Of a stretch of DNA of 64,000 nt, positions 61,151 through 64,000 are shown in pieces. Each line of letters starts with the position of its first letter. Position 1 is the stretch's first letter. Location of the stretch: contig NC_058380.1 in the NCBI RefSeq assembly GCF_018350175.1, positions 91,512,001 to 91,576,000 of the forward strand, written 5' to 3'. Made by a program: the position numbers and the translations under genes. The DNA is from Felis catus. Its lineage: Eukaryota. The notes beneath the pieces were generated by a model, which worked only from the letters and a program-made list of their open reading frames with translations, did no database searches and had not been told where the DNA came from.

Positions 61151-61620
61151 ATCGGGGACCACCTTTTCAAGGAAAGAAATAATCTGTGCACATCCGACAG
61201 TGCTTGCGTTGTTCGTAAGAAGGGCCAAGATACCGCTCTAAATTTCATTTAGTGTGTCTTGAAATAACTGGGAGAGCCAGGGACAACACCTTCCCAAGAA
61301 GGGAGGCGCAGGCGGACAGGGTGAGAAAAGGAAAAAAAAGTTCGATCTTTAAGAAAAAGCAAAAAACCCCAAAACACAATAAGGTGATAGAGCTACATCG
61401 GTAATCACAACATAGGTGGATGGGTTAAACTCTAATTGTCAGATTGCAGTTTTACGAACTCGGATAGCTGTTTTAAGAGACAGACCTAAGATATGGCGTC
61501 AAAAAAAAAAAAGAAAGAAAGAAAGAAAAGCTTGAGTGGTTGTGTTAATATAAAACAAAACATACTTTAGAGCAAAAGACATTGCTAGTGATGAAGAGAG
61601 TAACTAATGATAAAAAGCTT

Positions 61621-61840
61621 GGGGCACCTGGGTGGCTCAGTCGGTTGAGCGTCTGACTTTAGCTCAGGTCATGATCTCACGGTCCGTGAGTTCGAGCCCC
61701 GCGTCGGGCTCTGTGCCGACAGCTCAGAGCCTGGAGCCTGTTTTGGATTCTGTGTCTCCCTCTCTCTGCCCCTCCCCTGCTCATGCTCTGTCTTGCTGTC
61801 TCTCTCTCTCCTAAACATTAAACAATAAAATAAGAAAACA
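61621..61840 (+). mobile_element. Can-SINE, SINEC_Fc-like
   Basis: Canonical head and body, (CT)n and A-rich tail. Confidence 0.9.
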
Positions 61841-62021
61841 ACGACAGTGAGCTGAGCTGTTACACCCCAATCAGAATAGCTAAAACGAAAACTAGTGATA
61901 ACACCATATGCTGGTGAAGATGTGGAGAAATAATCGCTCGTATGTTATTGGTGGGAGTGCCAAGTGACATAGCCGCTCCGGAAGAGACTTTGGTAGTTCC
62001 TTTAAAAACTAAAATTAACAC

Positions 62022-62217
62022 GCGGCACCTGGGTGGCTCAGTGGGTTGAGTGTCTGACTCTTGATTTCAGCTCAGGTCGTGATCCCAGGGCTGTGAAGTT
62101 CAGTGTTGGGCTCCGTGCTGAGCACAGAGCCTGCTTGGGATTGTCTCTGTCTCCCTCACCGTCTGCCTCTCCCCCACTCATGCTTCCTGTCTCATTTTCA
62201 AATAATAATAATAATAT
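62022..62217 (+). mobile_element. Can-SINE
   Basis: GGCACCTGGGTGGCTCAG head and (AAT)n tail. Confidence 0.85.
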
Positions 62218-62229
62218 AGGATACCATAT

Positions 62230-62535
62230 ATGATGGTTTGTTAATTTTATGTGTCAACTTGGCTGGCGTATGGTGTCCACCCGTTGGTCAAACAGCTATT
62301 TACATATGGCTGTGAAGGTATGCATTAGATATGTTTAGGATTTACATAAAGCAGATCGCCCTGCATAATGTGGATGGGCCACATCTAATCAGTTTAAGGC
62401 CTTCGACCCCCCCAAAGAGGAAAGGATTCTGCATCTGGAGACGCTCTTTGGACTCAAGACTGCAACGCTGACCTGACCCTCCCTTGGGTCTCCAGCCAGC
62501 TGCCCTGCCCTGCAGACTTCACACTTGCCAGCAAT
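62230..62535 (+). mobile_element. MLT2-like (ERVL) LTR fragment
   Basis: TGATGGTTTGTTAATTTTATGTGTCAACTTGGCTGG...AATGTGGATGGGCCACATCTAATCAG matches the typical MLT2 5' end. Confidence 0.7.
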
Positions 62536-63011
62536 TACTTTCTTGGGCATTTATCCCAGGACAGTGAAGACATTTTCATGCAGGAACATGTGTTCATAAC
62601 AGCCTTACTGGTAATAGCCCCAAACTAGAAACTACACAAGTGTCTTTCTCTAGGTGATCAACCGAACAGAGTAGATTCACCCACACCCTGGAATACGATT
62701 CAGCCATAAAAGGAAGGAGCCATTGCTGTGCTCAACGATGTGGGTGAACTTCAAGGAAGTTGCTGAGTGGTAAAAGCCAATCTCAGAAGGAGAGGTTGTA
62801 CCTGATCCGTTTACACAACAGTTGTGAAGTAATACAATTACAAAGGCTGAGAACTCGTGTGGGTGTGGCTAGAAAGGGGTAGCATGGGAGCGTCTCGTGA
62901 AGGTCAGTTGAGTTCTTGCTGGTGGGACACATGGCTGTGAGTGTGATAAGACTACAGAGAGCCACACATGTGCACACGCACAGACACGTAAGTGCATGTA
63001 AAATGGGGAAT

Positions 63012-63235
63012 AGGGGGCGCCTGGGTGGCTCAGGCGGTAAGTGTCCCGATTCCAGCCCAGGTCATGATCTCACGGCTCATGTGTTCAAGCCCCACATTGG
63101 GCTTGGTGCTGATGGTGCACAGCCTGCTTGGGATTCTCTGTCTCTCCCTCTCTCTCTGCTCCGTCTGCACATTGCCTCTCAAAATGAATAAATGAATCTT
63201 TAAAAAAAAAAAAAACCAAAACACAAAAACAAATG
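63012..63235 (+). mobile_element. Can-SINE
   Basis: GGGGCGCCTGGGTGGCTCAG head, (CT)n, AATAAA and A tail. Confidence 0.88.
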
Positions 63236-64000
63236 AAATGCCCACCTAGGGCACTGGGGAAAAAGTATAAAGGATTTCCGTGCACATCTGGGCTAAATTC
63301 TTCTATGAACTCAAGCTATAAATGGATATATGTCGAGACTTGTCAGAACAGTAAAAAAAAAGAATTGTTGAACCTACCATCACAGTTGGAAATTTAATAT
63401 ACATCCCTAATAATTGGTAGGCTGTGGTAGTTTTGAACACTACTAATAATTTGATGTCATGGGCAGAATTAGGTTAACGCGTTAGTCAGTCTTACTAACT
63501 GGAGAACACACATTCTTTTCAGGCGCACGCAGAACAGGTCTAACTATTTACGACCACGTGCTGGGGAAAAAGCCAGTCCGGCAAATGTCAGAATATATTT
63601 GAGGATGGCTCTCAGACAGACCTCGCGCTCCAATCGGGATGCAGGGAAGTTCCAAGTCAACACCAAAAAGGGAACCAGAAAGAGCCCAGACTTCTGGATA
63701 TTGAAATACACACACCTAAACAGCTCATGTGTCAGATAAGAAAGTCCAACGAAAGTGGAAAAAATTGACCTAAATGGAAGCGAAGAGCATACAGCAGCCA
63801 ACACAGACAAGAGGGAGATGTATCCAGACACTTAGACACTCACGTCAGGAGAGAAGAAGGCTAGTCAGTACTGAACTGGGCATTGCATTTCAGAATTTCA
63901 GAAGCCGGAAAAAGACCTAGCAGAATAAATAACAAAGCATATGGAAGGAAGAAATTATACTTAATTTGTAGTGAACATTTACTGCATACTTGCTACTTTT

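Larger units (their letters stand above)
59860..64000 (+). mobile_element. Repeat-rich tract of old LINE-1 fragments with nested SINEs and MLT LTR remnants
   Basis: A-rich. L1-like 3' pieces such as TGCTGGTGAAGATGTGGAGAAA (about 61910) and GTAATAGCCCCAAACTAGAAAC...CAGCCATAAAAGGAA (about 62610-62715). Limits approximate. Confidence 0.7.

Overview
Mammalian genomic DNA, very GC/CpG-rich over most of its length. The tRNA-derived SINEs look like feline Can-SINEs (SINEC_Fc-like), so the source is probably a felid. The region matches the human 9q34.3 block DPP7-MAN1B1-UAP1L1-SAPCD2. Five intact multi-exon genes can be spliced by eye: MAN1B1 copy 1 (+, 2997-14854), DPP7 (+, 23982-27313), MAN1B1 copy 2 (-, 28877-40733, the syntenic copy), UAP1L1 (-, 43651-48513) and SAPCD2 (+, 53272-58008, exon 1 partly N). 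The main unexpected feature is a 15.1-kb near-perfect inverted duplication (474-15555 vs 28176-43256) carrying a complete second MAN1B1. It is fused at 470/474 to an inverted, about 1.7%-diverged copy of DPP7 upstream DNA (1-470 vs 22721-23190). That junction joins the two ends of a 20.5-kb DPP7+MAN1B1 unit, which fits a circularly permuted or tandem duplication and predicts a second DPP7 just left of the window. An assembly or consensus artefact cannot be excluded from sequence alone. Other features: old L1 tracts with many Can-SINEs, a solo ERV LTR upstream of UAP1L1, L2 and MLT remnants, a G-rich minisatellite and three N runs. No prokaryotic-type systems, CRISPR arrays or structural RNA genes were seen; most of the ORF track is GC-driven noise.
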